Part shown: piece after piece, positions 24,213-37,829 of the stretch
Layout: each line of letters begins with the position of its first letter
Position numbering within the stretch: position 1 is the stretch's first letter
Origin: Nemertoderma westbladi
Taxonomy: Eukaryota > Animalia > Xenacoelomorpha
Direction: 5' to 3'
Length of the DNA: 64,000 nt
Assembly (NCBI GenBank): GCA_032718475.1
Contig: JAUCBJ010006617.1
Span: 1 to 64,000 of the forward strand
The notes under the pieces: generated by a model
What the model was told of the DNA's origin: nothing
What the model saw: only the letters and a program-made list of their open reading frames with translations
Databases searched by the model: none
Position numbers and translations under genes: made by a program

Positions 24213-25521
24213 TTCGCATCAGGGATCCCATTGAGAGACTGCTCCGTGGAAATCAGAATGGGTTCCGTAAAGGTCGTGGGACCATGGAGCCCATTTTGGC
24301 ACTTAGAAGGATAATTGAAGAATTATCAAAAAAGAAAGACAGGCATCTGGCTGTTATCTTTGTTGACTTCTTCAAGGCCTTTGATTCAGTCTCTCGTTCA
24401 CGTATTTTCAGCATACTTTCATTATATGGGATTCCTGATGAAATTATTGCAGCAATCAGATCAGTATACGATGGTTCGACAACATTTGTGTCTACTGTTG
24501 ACGGTGACTCAGAACCATTTGAAATGTTATGGGGAGTCCTCCAAGGAGACACACTTGCACCATTCTTGTTCATAATTGTTGTTGACTATGTTCTACGCAT
24601 GTCCTTAGATCATCATAATGATGATGGGGTGATGATAACTCCACCTACTGGCTCCAGAAGTCGAGGAAATCCTGCCAAGTACCTAACTGATCTAGACTTT
24701 GCTGATGACTTAGGAGTACTCTCAGAACCACTAGAGGGAGCCCAACGGCTCCTCAGCTCATTAGAACATGCTGCTTCTAGTGTTGGTCTTTTTATTAACT
24801 CCAGAAAGACCAAAGTTTTGACAGTTAACTTTGAAAGTCCTCAGCAAGTCTCTGATCGGATGAGCATAAGCTCAAAGGATGGTATGCTTGAGCATGTGGA
24901 CGACTTCTGTTACAGTACCTGGGATCATGGATCCGGAAGTCAGGTGAGGACCTTCGAATACGTAAGGGAAAGACATGGGCAGCCTTGAATAGGCTTTCCA
25001 GGATTTGGAAGTCACCGAGAATTAATCGGAAACTTAAGGTCCGATTATTTAGAGCAGCAGTAGTTCCAGTACTCCTCTATGGGAGTCCATGCTGGGCTCT
25101 AACTGCTGAGAACACCAAATCTCTGGATGGCACATTCACAAGAATGCTACGCCGGGTTCATTGTGTCAAGTACAATGCACACATCTCCAACGAGACACTA
25201 TATAACATTGGAGGTGTCTCATTGGTTCCGCCAAGCTTGACACTAGAACAAAATCGCCCCGCTTTGCAGGACATTGCTTTCGCCGAGAGGACCAGCCAGT
25301 GCATAATCTCGTACTTTGGCAGCCTCATGGAGTGAATAAGCATGGTGGACAGCCCATGACTTTCTTGAGACGCATCTTAAAGGACACTGGCCTTGAAGAT
25401 GCGGATAATCTAGCAAATGTCATGGGTGATAGGGAGTTGTGGCGGAGCAATTTTGTCGATAAGCCGGCACAGCATTCTTAAAAATGCAGTTGCAATGCAG
25501 CATGCCGATCCCAGTAGTAGT
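24213..25521 (+). mobile_element. 5'-truncated RTE family 1, copy 2
   Basis: Highly similar to 13416-14724, with frameshifts at ~24913 and ~25258 and a (TAG)n tail. Candidate TSD ATGGA at 24208-24212 and 25522-25526. Confidence 0.92.
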
Positions 25522-26940
25522 ATGGAATGCCCTAGAATGTTCTAGTAGATTCTATGTCCCAGATTTGCTATATAAGGGCCGGTTTGCCTTCGGTTATCAC
25601 ACACACACTCTCACTAATATCACTTGCACAACCTAATATTAGTCTTGTTTGCCAGTCAATATCTCTTTGCTTAGTTTAGTTATTATTTGTAAAGTGAAGT
25701 GATAAGTTTTGTAAATTACTAGTAGTAGTTACTAGCTTACCTTAGATTGCTTTCAGTATACAATGATGTATAATGCGTGACGTATATAATAGACATGAGT
25801 GATACACCACATTCGACTCAATACCAACCTACCGACTATGACTCGTGCGACCCGGACAGATCGACAGTAGACGAACCGAGAAGGAGAACCCGAGATTCTA
25901 CCGATGTCACACCGCATGCGTCGCCGGTACCGCGAATGGAAATACCGGAAGCCGCAACGCGTGGCGACGGCAGAATCGAAGATTTCCTTACCGTCCCGCA
26001 GACCAGATCGCTGGAACCGGACATGGTAAGTTTCGCTGGAAGTCAAGAGAATGTTATTAGGAGTATAGGAAGACACAAGGCCCAGATTACTCGAAACTTC
26101 GGAGAAGGTTTTCGCGTATTACGCGAATTAACCGACCCGATGTCGAGATAATGAGTTCTACACCTTACAGGTAAGAATAGTGAGTAGGGTACATGCCACC
26201 GTAGATAAACGTAGAGGTTTACACGAACTCGCCGAGTTGCGTGGCGACAACTTTACGCAAGTAAAGATAATTGATAAGTTGGTAAGTGCGAGGGAAAGCC
26301 TCATTCAGTTTAAGTCGGTTGTAGGATCGACTCAACGAGAGCAACTCGATCAACTGATGGGTGAGTCAGCTTCCGACGCGATGTTACAGCCCGAAGAGGA
26401 AGAAGAACTATATTGCCTGGGCGGGAGATTAGAAACGCTCACCAATTTTCTTCAAAATTCTTCATTAATATTCTGTGCAGGTTGACACTAGACACCGCGG
26501 CGGACGACGACGTAGACGAGGGAGGACTATGGCGCAGTGCAAGCAGCGCTTGACCGTCTGCTGACTGAGCAGACCATTAAATGGTTCTGTCGATCGAGAC
26601 CGCTATGTCAGAACAGGAAAAACGGCCATTAAATATTATGAAAGATACCATTCGCCAGACCGCGAATGGCCACTACGAAGTTGGCATGTTGTGGCGCCAT
26701 GGACAACCTAAGCTCGTCAACAATTACCTGCTTGCTTTGAGGCGACTCAAATCAATACGGCAGCGGTTGTTGCGAGATGAGACGGCCCATATGCAATACA
26801 ACGCGCAACTTCAGACGTATCTCCAAAAGGGATACGTCATTAGGATGTTAAATCCCGAGGTAACCACAGATCAAACATATTACCTGCCACACCATTTTGT
26901 TCGACACCCGGACAAACCTGGCAAGGTGCGTGTAGTCAAT

Positions 26941-27660
26941 ATATATATTTCTTTTTAATCCAGGTCTGGAGGCCCATAATTAACATAAATGACAAATTAC
27001 AATAATATAATTATTAGATCACAGCACAAGTTAATAGTAAAATATACGTATAATGAATAGAGTCTATTTCAAAGTTCTAAAAATCCATATTTATCATTTC
27101 CCGTATTCTGCTTGAAGGGGCTGTCACTTCCGATATTGTTTGCACTAAAATATTTGTAGAACTTTCGATGCGTGACCATAGTGATCGAATTGCGTTATAC
27201 CGTACGTGAATGAATTTGCACAAGTTAAGCTCGCCAAACATTAGCGATACACTGCAGTCATATTTATACCCAAATAATTTCCTAGCTATATTGTTATAAC
27301 CCACTCTAAATTTGTTGTATAATCTTGCGTCAAAATTGCGGCGAGCCCATAATGAGTTACAATAGAATTGTGAACAGAAAGCTAAAAATAGTTTCCGTTT
27401 TACATTAATCGAGCAGACACCAAATTTCCTAATTAACATATTGCCACGTCTATAAAGTGCATGTAACTGATTGATAATGTCATGCCCGTCATCTGTGGAA
27501 GCATGAATAATATGGCCTAGATACTTAAATTGATCTACTTGTTCTAACATAACACCATTTATATTAATTTTTGTTGTTACAATAGTTGTATTCGATTTCG
27601 GCACAAAACACATTAATTTGGACTTTTTCACGTTAATCTTGATTGAATGTAATTTTGAAT
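26941..27660 (-). mobile_element. Non-LTR retrotransposon 3' fragment (RT C-terminus plus 3' UTR; Proto2-like, clade tentative)
   Basis: QFKYLGHII..LYRRGNMLIRKF..LFLAFCSQFY..LW..VGYNN. The 3' end reads TATGGGCCTCCAGACCTGGATTAAAAAG on the minus strand. Confidence 0.8.
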
Positions 27661-28787
27661 ATTTTTATTTTTATTTATTTACTCTTTATTCCGCACCAGG
27701 AGGCACATAGCTACAGAACAACATAACAAATACCTACCACATTACAGTATGCAGTAGGCCTACGTACAGCACAAAATATATACATTAATATGATAATACT
27801 AAAAAATAATAATAATAAGTCTTAAAAGTGACGGTTTCACGAAACGAAAAACCGTGAGAATGGTCTGCAAGCAGAGTAAATGGTTCGCACCAAATCATTA
27901 TGAGATTCACTGACCCGTTTAAAAAGGCTGTGTACAGATCTGCTGTGAATATGACACAGCATTGGCAGATTTAATGTGCCGAATGAGAGTGAGATACTGG
28001 TTGGTTCATCGCCAGTAGCGCAATTGTTATACGCAACTTGTATTTTATCGTATACACGTTGAGAATAATTTGAACGGGTCCACAGACTGTTACCATATAT
28101 AGGAGTACAAAATGCACGAAATAAGGAAGTCTTAACAGCAACGGAGGCATTGCCAAACTTCCTAACAAGGGTATTCGCTCTAGCATACAATGAATGCATT
28201 TGATTAATGATGTCACAATCGTCATCAGTTGATGACGTAATAATATGTCCGAGATAGTTGAAAGAATCCACTATAGGAATATATGCTCCATATAATGTAA
28301 TTTTAGTGCAACTCGTTAGAGAGAATGATTTCAGAATGAAGTACACACATTTAGTTTTCTTCACATTAAAAATAATGGAGTTATTGTTAGCATAACTAAC
28401 CGCTATGTTAACCAATTTCTGTAAGCCGACAATTGAGTTTGACAACAAACACAGATCGTCTGCATACAGTAAATGGTTTATTCTAGTGGATCCAATCATA
28501 CAGCCTACCCCGCTTGCATTAAAGATAATACTGAGGTCATCGACGTAGATATTATAGAATATCTGAGAAAGAATTCTCCCCTGTCCAGTGCCATTGGTTA
28601 CATGGAATGAGGTAGAGACCACACCGTCCCAGCATACCTGCAGTAATTGAGTACGGTATCCGAACTTAATCAGACAAACTATATAAACAGGTACACCACG
28701 GTTAAGTAGTTTGTTGAAAAGGTTATAATGGTTAACGCGGTCGAATGCCTTGGAGGCATCGAGCATACAGACATAGACACACGAGTT
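27661..28787 (-). mobile_element. Second, related non-LTR RT fragment (different subfamily), cut by the 70-bp satellite
   Basis: MLDASKAFDRVNH, NG..QG.ILS, NHLLYADD, YLGHII and LFRAFC..YG..LW. AATAAA plus an A-rich tail on the minus strand at 27661-27690. Confidence 0.88.
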
Positions 28788-31700
28788 GTACACAGTAACA
28801 CTGCCTAGACTTACAAACCGGAACCCATGCTGGTTGGGCTGTGTATATGTAACGATAGTACACAGTAACACTGCCTAGACTTACAAACCGGAACCCATGC
28901 TGGTTGGGCTGTGTATATGTAACGATAGTACACAGTAACACTGCCTAGACTTACAAACCGGAACCCATGCTGGTTGGGCTGTGTATAGTAGTACACAGTA
29001 GCACTGCCTAGACTTACAAACCGGAACCCATGCTGGTTGGGCTGTGTATATGTAACGATAGTACACAGTAACACTGCCTAGACTTACAAACCGGAACCCA
29101 TGCTGGTTGGGCTGTGTATATGTAACGATAGTACACAGTAACACTGCCTAGACTTACAAACCGGAACCCATGCTGGTTGGGCTGTGTATATGTAACGATA
29201 GTACACAGTAACACTGCCTAGACTTACAAACCGGAACCCATGCTGGTTGGGCTGTGTATATGTAACGATAGTACACAGTAACACTGCCTAGACTTACAAA
29301 CCGGAACCCATGCTGGTTGGGCTGTGTATATGTAACGATAGTACACAGTAACACTGCCTAGACTTACAAACCGGAACCCATGCTGGTTGGGCTGTGTATA
29401 TGTAACGACGCTAGGTGGCGTTCCAATCATATCAGTTATAAGCAAGGTTAACAATATATATATGGATTTAAACTTAAATCGAGCAAAATGCGCACTGCCG
29501 GTAGCATTTTATAGGCTTATAGTAGTACACAGTAACACTGCCTAGACTTACAAACCGGAACCCATGCTGGTTGGGCTGTGTATATGTAACGATAGTACAC
29601 AGTAACACTGCCTAGACTTACAAACCGGAACCCATGCTGGTTGGGCTGTGTATATGTAACGATAGTACACAGTAACACTGCCTAGACTTACAAACCGGAA
29701 CCCATGCTGGTTGGGCTGTGTATATGTAACGATAGTACACAGTAACACTGCCTAGACTTACAAACCGGAACCCATGCTGGTTGGGCTGTGTATATGTAAC
29801 GATAGTACACAGTAACACTGCCTAGACTTACAAACCGGAACCCATGCTGGTTGGGCTGTGTATATGTAACGATAGTACACAGTAACACTGCCTAGACTTA
29901 CAAACCGGAACCCATGCTGGTTGGGCTGTGTATATGTAACGACGCTAGGTGGCGTTCCAATCATATCAGTTATAAGCAAGGTTAACAATATATATATGGA
30001 TTTAAACTTAAATCGAGCAAAATGCGCACTGCCGGTAGCATTTTATAGGCTTATAGTAGTACACAGTAACACTGCCTAGACTTACAAACCGGAACCCATG
30101 CTGGTTGGGCTGTGTATATGTAACGATAGTACACAGTAACACTGCCTAGACTTACAAACCGGAACCCATGCTGGTTGGGCTGTGTATATGTAACGATAGT
30201 ACACAGTAACACTGCCTAGACTTACAAACCGGAACCCATGCTGGTTGGGCTGTGTATATGTAACGATAGTACACAGTAACACTGCCTAGACTTACAAACC
30301 GGAACCCATGCTGGTTGGGCTGTGTATATGTAACGATAGTACACAGTAACACTGCCTAGACTTACAAACCGGAACCCATGCTGGTTGGGCTGTGTATATG
30401 TAACGACGCTAGGTGGCGTTCCAATCATATCAGTTATAAGCAAGGTTAACAATATATATATGGATTTAAACTTAAATCGAGCAAAATGCGCACTGCCGGT
30501 AGCATTTTATAGGCTTATAGTAGTACACAGTAACACTGCCTAGACTTACAAACCGGAACCCATGCTGGTTGGGCTGTGTATATGTAACGATAGTATACAG
30601 TAACACTGCCTAGACTTACAAACCGGAACCCATGCTGGTTGGGCTGTGTATATGTAACGATAGTACACAGTAACACTGCCTAGACTTACAAACCGGAACC
30701 CATGCTGGTTGGGCTGTGTATATGTAACGATAGTACACAGTAACACTGCCTAGACTTACAAACCGGAACCCATGCTGGTTGGGCTGTGTATATGTAACGA
30801 TAGTACACAGTAACACCGCCTAGACTTACAAACCGGAACCCATGCTGGTTGGGCTGTGTATATGTAACGATAGTACACAGTAACACTGCCTAGACTTACA
30901 AACCGGAACCCATGCTGGTTGGGCTGTGTATATGTAACGATAGTACACAGTAACACCGCCTAGACTTACAAACCGGAACCCATGCTGGTTGGGCTGTGTA
31001 TATGTAACGATAGTATACAGTAACACTGCCTAGACTTACAAACCGGAACCCATGCTGGTTGGGCTGTGTATATGTAACGATAGTACACAGTAACACCGCC
31101 TAGACTTACAAACCGGAACCCATGCTGGTTGGGCTGTGTATAGTAGTACACAGTAACACTGCCTAGACTTACAAACCGGAACCCATGCTGGTTGGGCTGT
31201 GTATATGTAACGATAGTACACAGTAACACCGCCTAGACTTACAAACCGGAACCCATGCTGGTTGGGCTGTGTATATGTAACGATAGTACACAGTAACACT
31301 GCCTAGACTTACAAACCGGAACCCATGCTGGTTGGGCTGTGTATATGTAACGATAGTACACAGTAACACTGCCTAGACTTACAAACCGGAACCCATGCTG
31401 GTTGGGCTGTGTATATGTAACGATAGTACACAGTAACACTACCTAGACTTACAAACCGGAACCCATGCTGGTTGGGCTGTGTATATGTAACGATAGTACA
31501 CAGTAACACCGCCTAGACTTACAAACCGGAACCCATGCTGGTTGGGCTGTGTATATGTAACGATAGTACACAGTAACACTGCCTAGACTTACAAACCGGA
31601 ACCCATGCTGGTTGGGCTGTGTATATGTAACGATAGTACACAGTAACACTGCCTAGACTTACAAACCGGAACCCATGCTGGTTGGGCTGTGTATATGTAA

Positions 31701-34700
31701 CGATAGTACACAGTAACACTACCTAGACTTACAAACCGGAACCCATGCTGGTTGGGCTGTGTATATGTAACGATAGTACACAGTAACACTGCCTAGACTT
31801 ACAAACCGGAACCCATGCTGGTTGGGCTGTGTATATGTAACGATAGTACACAGTAACACCGCCTAGACTTACAAACCGGAACCCATGCTGGTTGGGCTGT
31901 GTATATGTAACGATAGTACACAGTAACACTGCCTAGACTTACAAACCGGAACCCATGCTGGTTGGGCTGTGTATATGTAACGATAGTACACAGTAACACT
32001 GCCTAGACTTACAAACCGGAACCCATGCTGGTTGGGCTGTGTATATGTAACGATAGTACACAGTAACACTGCCTAGACTTACAAACCGGAACCCATGCTG
32101 GTTGGGCTGTGTATATGTAACGATAGTACACAGTAACACCGCCTAGACTTACAAACCGGAACCCATGCTGGTTGGGCTGTGTATATGTAACGATAGTACA
32201 CAGTAACACTGCCTAGACTTACAAACCGGAACCCATGCTGGTTGGGCTGTGTATATGTAACGATAGTACACAGTAACACTGCCTAGACTTACAAACCGGA
32301 ACCCATGCTGGTTGGGCTGTGTATAGTAGTACACAGTAGCACTGCCTAGACTTACAAACCGGAACCCATGCTGGTTGGGCTGTGTATAGTAGTACACAGT
32401 AACACTGCCTAGACTTACAAACCGGAACCCATGCTGGTTGGGCTGTGTATATGTAACGATAGTACACAGTAACACTGCCTAGACTTACAAACCGGAACCC
32501 ATGCTGGTTGGGCTGTGTATAGTAGTACACAGTAACACTGCCTAGACTTACAAACCGGAACCCATGCTGGTTGGGCTGTGTATATGTAACGATAGTACAC
32601 AGTAACACTGCCTAGACTTACAAACCGGAACCCATGCTGGTTGGGCTGTGTATAGTAGTACACAGTAGCACTGCCTAGACTTACAAACCGGAACCCATGC
32701 TGGTTGGGCTGTGTATATGTAACGATAGTACACAGTAACACTGCCTAGACTTACAAACCGGAACCCATGCTGGTTGGGCTGTGTATAGTAGTACACAGTA
32801 ACACTGCCTAGACTTACAAACCGGAACCCATGCTGGTTGGGCTGTGTATAGTAGTACACAGTAGCACTGCCTAGACTTACAAACCGGAACCCATGCTGGT
32901 TGGGCTGTGTATATGTAACGATAGTACACAGTAACACTGCCTAGACTTACAAACCGGAACCCATGCTGGTTGGGCTGTGTATATGTAACGATAGTACACA
33001 GTAACACTGCCTAGACTTACAAACCGGAACCCATGCTGGTTGGGCTGTGTATATGTAACGATAGTACACAGTAACACTGCCTAGACTTACAAACCGGAAC
33101 CCATGCTGGTTGGGCTGTGTATATGTAACGATAGTACACAGTAACACTGCCTAGACTTACAAACCGGAACCCATGCTGGTTGGGCTGTGTATATGTACGA
33201 TAGTACACAGTAACACTGCCTAGACTTACAAACCGGAACCCATGCTGGTTGGGCTGTGTATATGTAACGATAGTACACAGTAACACTGCCTAGACTTACA
33301 AACCGGAACCCATGCTGGTTGGGCTGTGTATAGTAGTACACAGTAGCACTGCCTAGACTTACAAACCGGAACCCATGCTGGTTGGGCTGTGTATAGTAGT
33401 ACACAGTAGCACTGCCTAGACTTACAAACCGGAACCCATGCTGGTTGGGCTGTGTATAGTAGTACACAGTAACACTGCCTAGACTTACAAACCGGAACCC
33501 ATGCTGGTTGGGCTGTGTATATGTAACGATAGTACACAGTAACACTGCCTAGACTTACAAACCGGAACCCATGCTGGTTGGGCTGTGTATAGTAGTACAC
33601 AGTAACACTGCCTAGACTTACAAACCGGAACCCATGCTGGTTGGGCTGTGTATATGTAACGATAGTACACAGTAACACTGCCTAGACTTACAAACCGGAA
33701 CCCATGCTGGTTGGGCTGTGTATAGTAGTACACAGTAGCACTGCCTAGACTTACAAACCGGAACCCATGCTGGTTGGGCTGTGTATATGTAACGATAGTA
33801 CACAGTAACACTGCCTAGACTTACAAACCGGAACCCATGCTGGTTGGGCTGTGTATAGTAGTACACAGTAGCACTGCCTAGACTTACAAACCGGAACCCA
33901 TGCTGGTTGGGCTGTGTATATGTAACGATAGTACACAGTAACACTGCCTAGACTTACAAACCGGAACCCATGCTGGTTGGGCTGTGTATAGTAGTACACA
34001 GTAGCACTGCCTAGACTTACAAACCGGAACCCATGCTGGTTGGGCTGTGTATATGTAACGATAGTACACAGTAACACTGCCTAGACTTACAAACCGGAAC
34101 CCATGCTGGTTGGGCTGTGTATAGTAGTACACAGTAGCACTGCCTAGACTTACAAACCGGAACCCATGCTGGTTGGGCTGTGTATATGTAACGATAGTAC
34201 ACAGTAACACTGCCTAGACTTACAAACCGGAACCCATGCTGGTTGGGCTGTGTATAGTAGTACACAGTAACACTGCCTAGACTTACAAACCGGAACCCAT
34301 GCTGGTTGGGCTGTGTATAGTAGTACACAGTAACACTGCCTAGACTTACAAACCGGAACCCATGCTGGTTGGGCTGTGTATAGTAGTACACAGTAACACT
34401 GCCTAGACTTACAAACCGGAACCCATGCTGGTTGGGCTGTGTATAGTAGTACACAGTAACACTGCCTAGACTTACAAACCGGAACCCATGCTGGTTGGGC
34501 TGTGTATAGTAGTACACAGTAGCACTGCCTAGACTTACAAACCGGAACCCATGCTGGTTGGGCTGTGTATATGTAACGATAGTACACAGTAACACTGCCT
34601 AGACTTACAAACCGGAACCCATGCTGGTTGGGCTGTGTATAGTAGTACACAGTAGCACTGCCTAGACTTACAAACCGGAACCCATGCTGGTTGGGCTGTG

Positions 34701-35304
34701 TATAGTAGTACACAGTAACACTGCCTAGACTTACAATCCGGAACCCATGCTGGTTGGGCTGTGTATAGTAGTACACAGTAACACTGCCTAGACTTACAAA
34801 CCGGAACCCATGCTGGTTGGGCTGTGTATATGTAACGATAGTACACAGTAACACTGCCTAGACTTACAAACCGGAACCCATGCTGGTTGGGCTGTGTATA
34901 GTAGTACACAGTAGCACTGCCTAGACTTACAAACCGGAACCCATGCTGGTTGGGCTGTGTATATGTAACGATAGTACACAGTAACACTGCCTAGACTTAC
35001 AAACCGGAACCCATGCTGGTTGGGCTGTGTATAGTAGTACACAGTAGCACTGCCTAGACTTACAAACCGGAACCCATGCTGGTTGGGCTGTGTATAGTAG
35101 TACACAGTAACACTGCCTAGACTTACAAACCGGAACCCATGCTGGTTGGGCTGTGTATATGTAACGATAGTACACAGTAACACTGCCTAGACTTACAAAC
35201 CGGAACCCATGCTGGTTGGGCTGTGTATAGTAGTACACAGTAGCACTGCCTAGACTTACAAACCGGAACCCATGCTGGTTGGGCTGTGTATATGTAACGA
35301 TAGT
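28788..35304. repeat. 70/63-bp satellite, left arm, with three 114-bp interruptions
   Basis: Unit GTACACAGTAACACTGCCTAGACTTACAAACCGGAACCCATGCTGGTTGGGCTGTGTATA[TGTAACGATA|GTA]. Inserts start at 29409, 29943 and 30407. Confidence 0.99.
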
Positions 35305-35857
35305 TGTGACGGGATCTACGGATCCCGGTTTATCCGTTTGGGTTTTCTGCCCACGCGTCCCCGCCGTGTGTGAAAGGTAAAAGAGTTCTGATGTTGGGTA
35401 ATATGTATAAAGGTATAATAGTCTGACAGTTGATATAATATAGTATGACACAATAGGTAATATATAATGGCGGTAGCGGACGGTGACAGAAGTCCCCGTT
35501 CCACCCTACTGATCTGACTGAGTAAACTGAATAACTGACCGGTATGATTACTGGTAACTGGTTATATTGCACGGTGGTGGCCTTATTGCTACTCAATCGA
35601 TGCCTTTCTCCCCTCTGATTGGTTGATACCCCTGTTGGCACCCTTTGCCCCCCTCTGAAGTGCTTCCCTTCGCCCTTGCTGTTCTCTCTCTTGTCAGGGG
35701 AGTAACCCCTGACCCTTATTGTGTGTGTCTCCTTTGGGGCCTATTGTCCCCGTTTACTGGGCTGACACGAGGTTGATTGGTAATCAACCTCGTGCTCCCA
35801 ATATTGCTTTGTGGCTCACTCTATGGGTTTATGTTAGCGGAATTGGATAAGCTAACA
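35305..35857 (-). repeat. 3' LTR (553 bp)
   Basis: By eye it differs from 41602-42151 by 4 substitutions and one 3-bp indel. Confidence 0.95.
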
Positions 35858-36229
35858 CTCCCCCCCATGCTACCTTCCCGGTAAGAAGATAGCATCCAAC
35901 TCAAGTGCGCTACAATTCCGCTGGATCCCGATCTATTATCGGGTGTGGGGTGGGTCTATTTTTTCTTTTCGGAGTCGGCTTTCCAGGCCGCTCCCTATGG
36001 GTATGATGTCACTACCCTCTGGCGTCTCGTGTTGGGCCGATCGTGCGCTTCTCTCACACAATTTTTGTTTCCCCAACACTCTCACCACTCTACTCCAACT
36101 CTCGCATACTCCTGGACCTCCTCGTCCCACACTCTTCCTCTCACTTCTCCTCCCCCACACTTGAATTGCGCCCACGCTCTCTTCGCACTCCGCACTATTA
36201 TCTCTCCACTCTCTTGTCACTCCCTAAGG

Positions 36230-37800
36230 CTTTAATCTCTAATGCTACCCCTGTGCTATCATACTATCTACCTACTGCTTACTAACTCTAACTATCTAAC
36301 TAACTCTGCTAACTACTAACTCTTACTACTTCTAGCTCTAACTGAGAGCCTCTAACTTTCTACTGACTCTAACTCTCTACTAAGTCTAACTAACTCCTAC
36401 TAACTTTCTACTTCTACTAGCTCTACTTGACTCCTCCGAGTCTACCAACTCTGCTAACTAGCTCTACTAACTCTACTCCACTAGCTCTGCTAACTCTACT
36501 AACTAGCTCTACTAACTCTACTAACTAGCTCTACTAACTCTACTAACTAGCTCTACTAACTCTACTAACTAGCTCTACTAACTCTACTCCACTCTTCTAA
36601 CTACGTGGCGCTTGCGGTGCCCACAACCACTCTACTATCTGGCACCCTATGTGCCCTTCTACTACTCAGCTACCTCTCTAGCTCTACTACCTGGCACCCT
36701 ATGTGCCCCCTCTGCTCTACTCTACTACCTGGCACCCTATGTGCCCCCTCTACTACACTACTACCTCTCTAACTCTACTACCTGGCACCCTATGTGCCCT
36801 CTTTACTCCTCTACACCCCCTTTACGTCTCATCGCCTACACGTGACGCTCTGAGTGCCGGCAGAGTGGGTACGTTAATTATGTGAACTACTACTGACTCT
36901 ACTAACTCTCTTCTAACTCTACTAACTCTTTTTGTGCCCGGCACCTCTTGTGCACGGCACCTTCTAACTCTACTAACTCTCTACGTGGCGCTAACGGTGC
37001 CCACAACCACAACCGGTACTACGTACCCTCTTACTAACTCTACCTCTATCTACGTGGCGCTAACGGTGCCCACAACCACAACCGGTACTACTACGTACCC
37101 TCTTACTAACCTCTAACTCCCACTAACTCTAATTAACATACCCTGCTCTTACATCACACACATCATCACGCCCGTGCCCCACTAAGTTCAGCGCATTCCC
37201 TACTAACTCTAACTACGTGGCGCTTACGGTGCCCACAACCCTCTACTGCTACTACTAACACCCCTAACTAGCGGTACTACGTACCCTCTTACTACTCTAG
37301 CTCTCTCTACTAGCTAGCGGTACTACGTACCCTCTTACTCTTACTAACTCTCTAACGGTACTACGTACCCCTTAACTCCTACTCTCTAACGGTACTGCGT
37401 ACCCTCTAACTCTCTAACTATCGGTACTACGTACCCTCTAACTCTAACTAACTAGCGGTACTTACGTACCCTCTATCTCTAACTAACTAGCGGTACTTAC
37501 GTACCCTCTAACTCTAACTCTAACTAGGTACTACGTACCTACTAACTCTCTAACTATCGGTACTACGTACCTACTAACTCTAACTCTGATTAGGTACTAC
37601 GTACCTACTAACTCTAACTAACTCTAGGTACTACGTACCTACTAACTCTCTAACTCTAGGTACTACGTACCTACTAACTCTAACTCTGATTAGGTACTAC
37701 GTACCTACTAACTCTCTAACTAGCGGTACTTACGTACCCTCTTTAACTAACTAACTAACTGACTAACTAACTAACTCTTACTACCTAACTTCTACCTACT
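36230..37800. repeat. Low-complexity (CTAACT/CTACT-rich) internal region carrying three families of short repeated hairpins
   Basis: 16x GGTAC-TAC-GTACC (including loop variants), 4x GGCAC-CCTAT-GTGCC and 4x GTGGCGCTnnCGGTGCCCAC. A 19-bp tandem lies at ~36465-36590. Confidence 0.9.
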
Positions 37801-37829
37801 CTATTATTTAATTATTTTCTTAATTTTAA

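Larger units (their letters stand above)
23881..26938 (+). mobile_element. Decayed BEL/Pao LTR retrotransposon remnant (LTR-like region interrupted by an RTE, gag N-terminus, RT N-terminus)
   Basis: 26581-26938 encodes GHYEVGMLW..LVNNYLLALRRL..YYLPHHFV..KPGKVRVV, a BEL RT N-terminus. 25777-26151 has RSIGRHKAQITR, like BEL gag N-termini. CCAAT and TATAA occur upstream. The left boundary (TGTTAG) is tentative. Confidence 0.75.

Noticed and set aside
37015-37740. CRISPR-like look (palindromic repeat plus spacers)
   Set aside because: Repeats are only 13 bp, spacers are low-complexity and related to each other, there are no cas genes, and the context is a eukaryotic retroelement.
36230-37800. 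Telomere-like (CTAA/TTAG) repeats
   Set aside because: No regular TTAGG or TTAGGG register; the sequence is internal to an LTR element.
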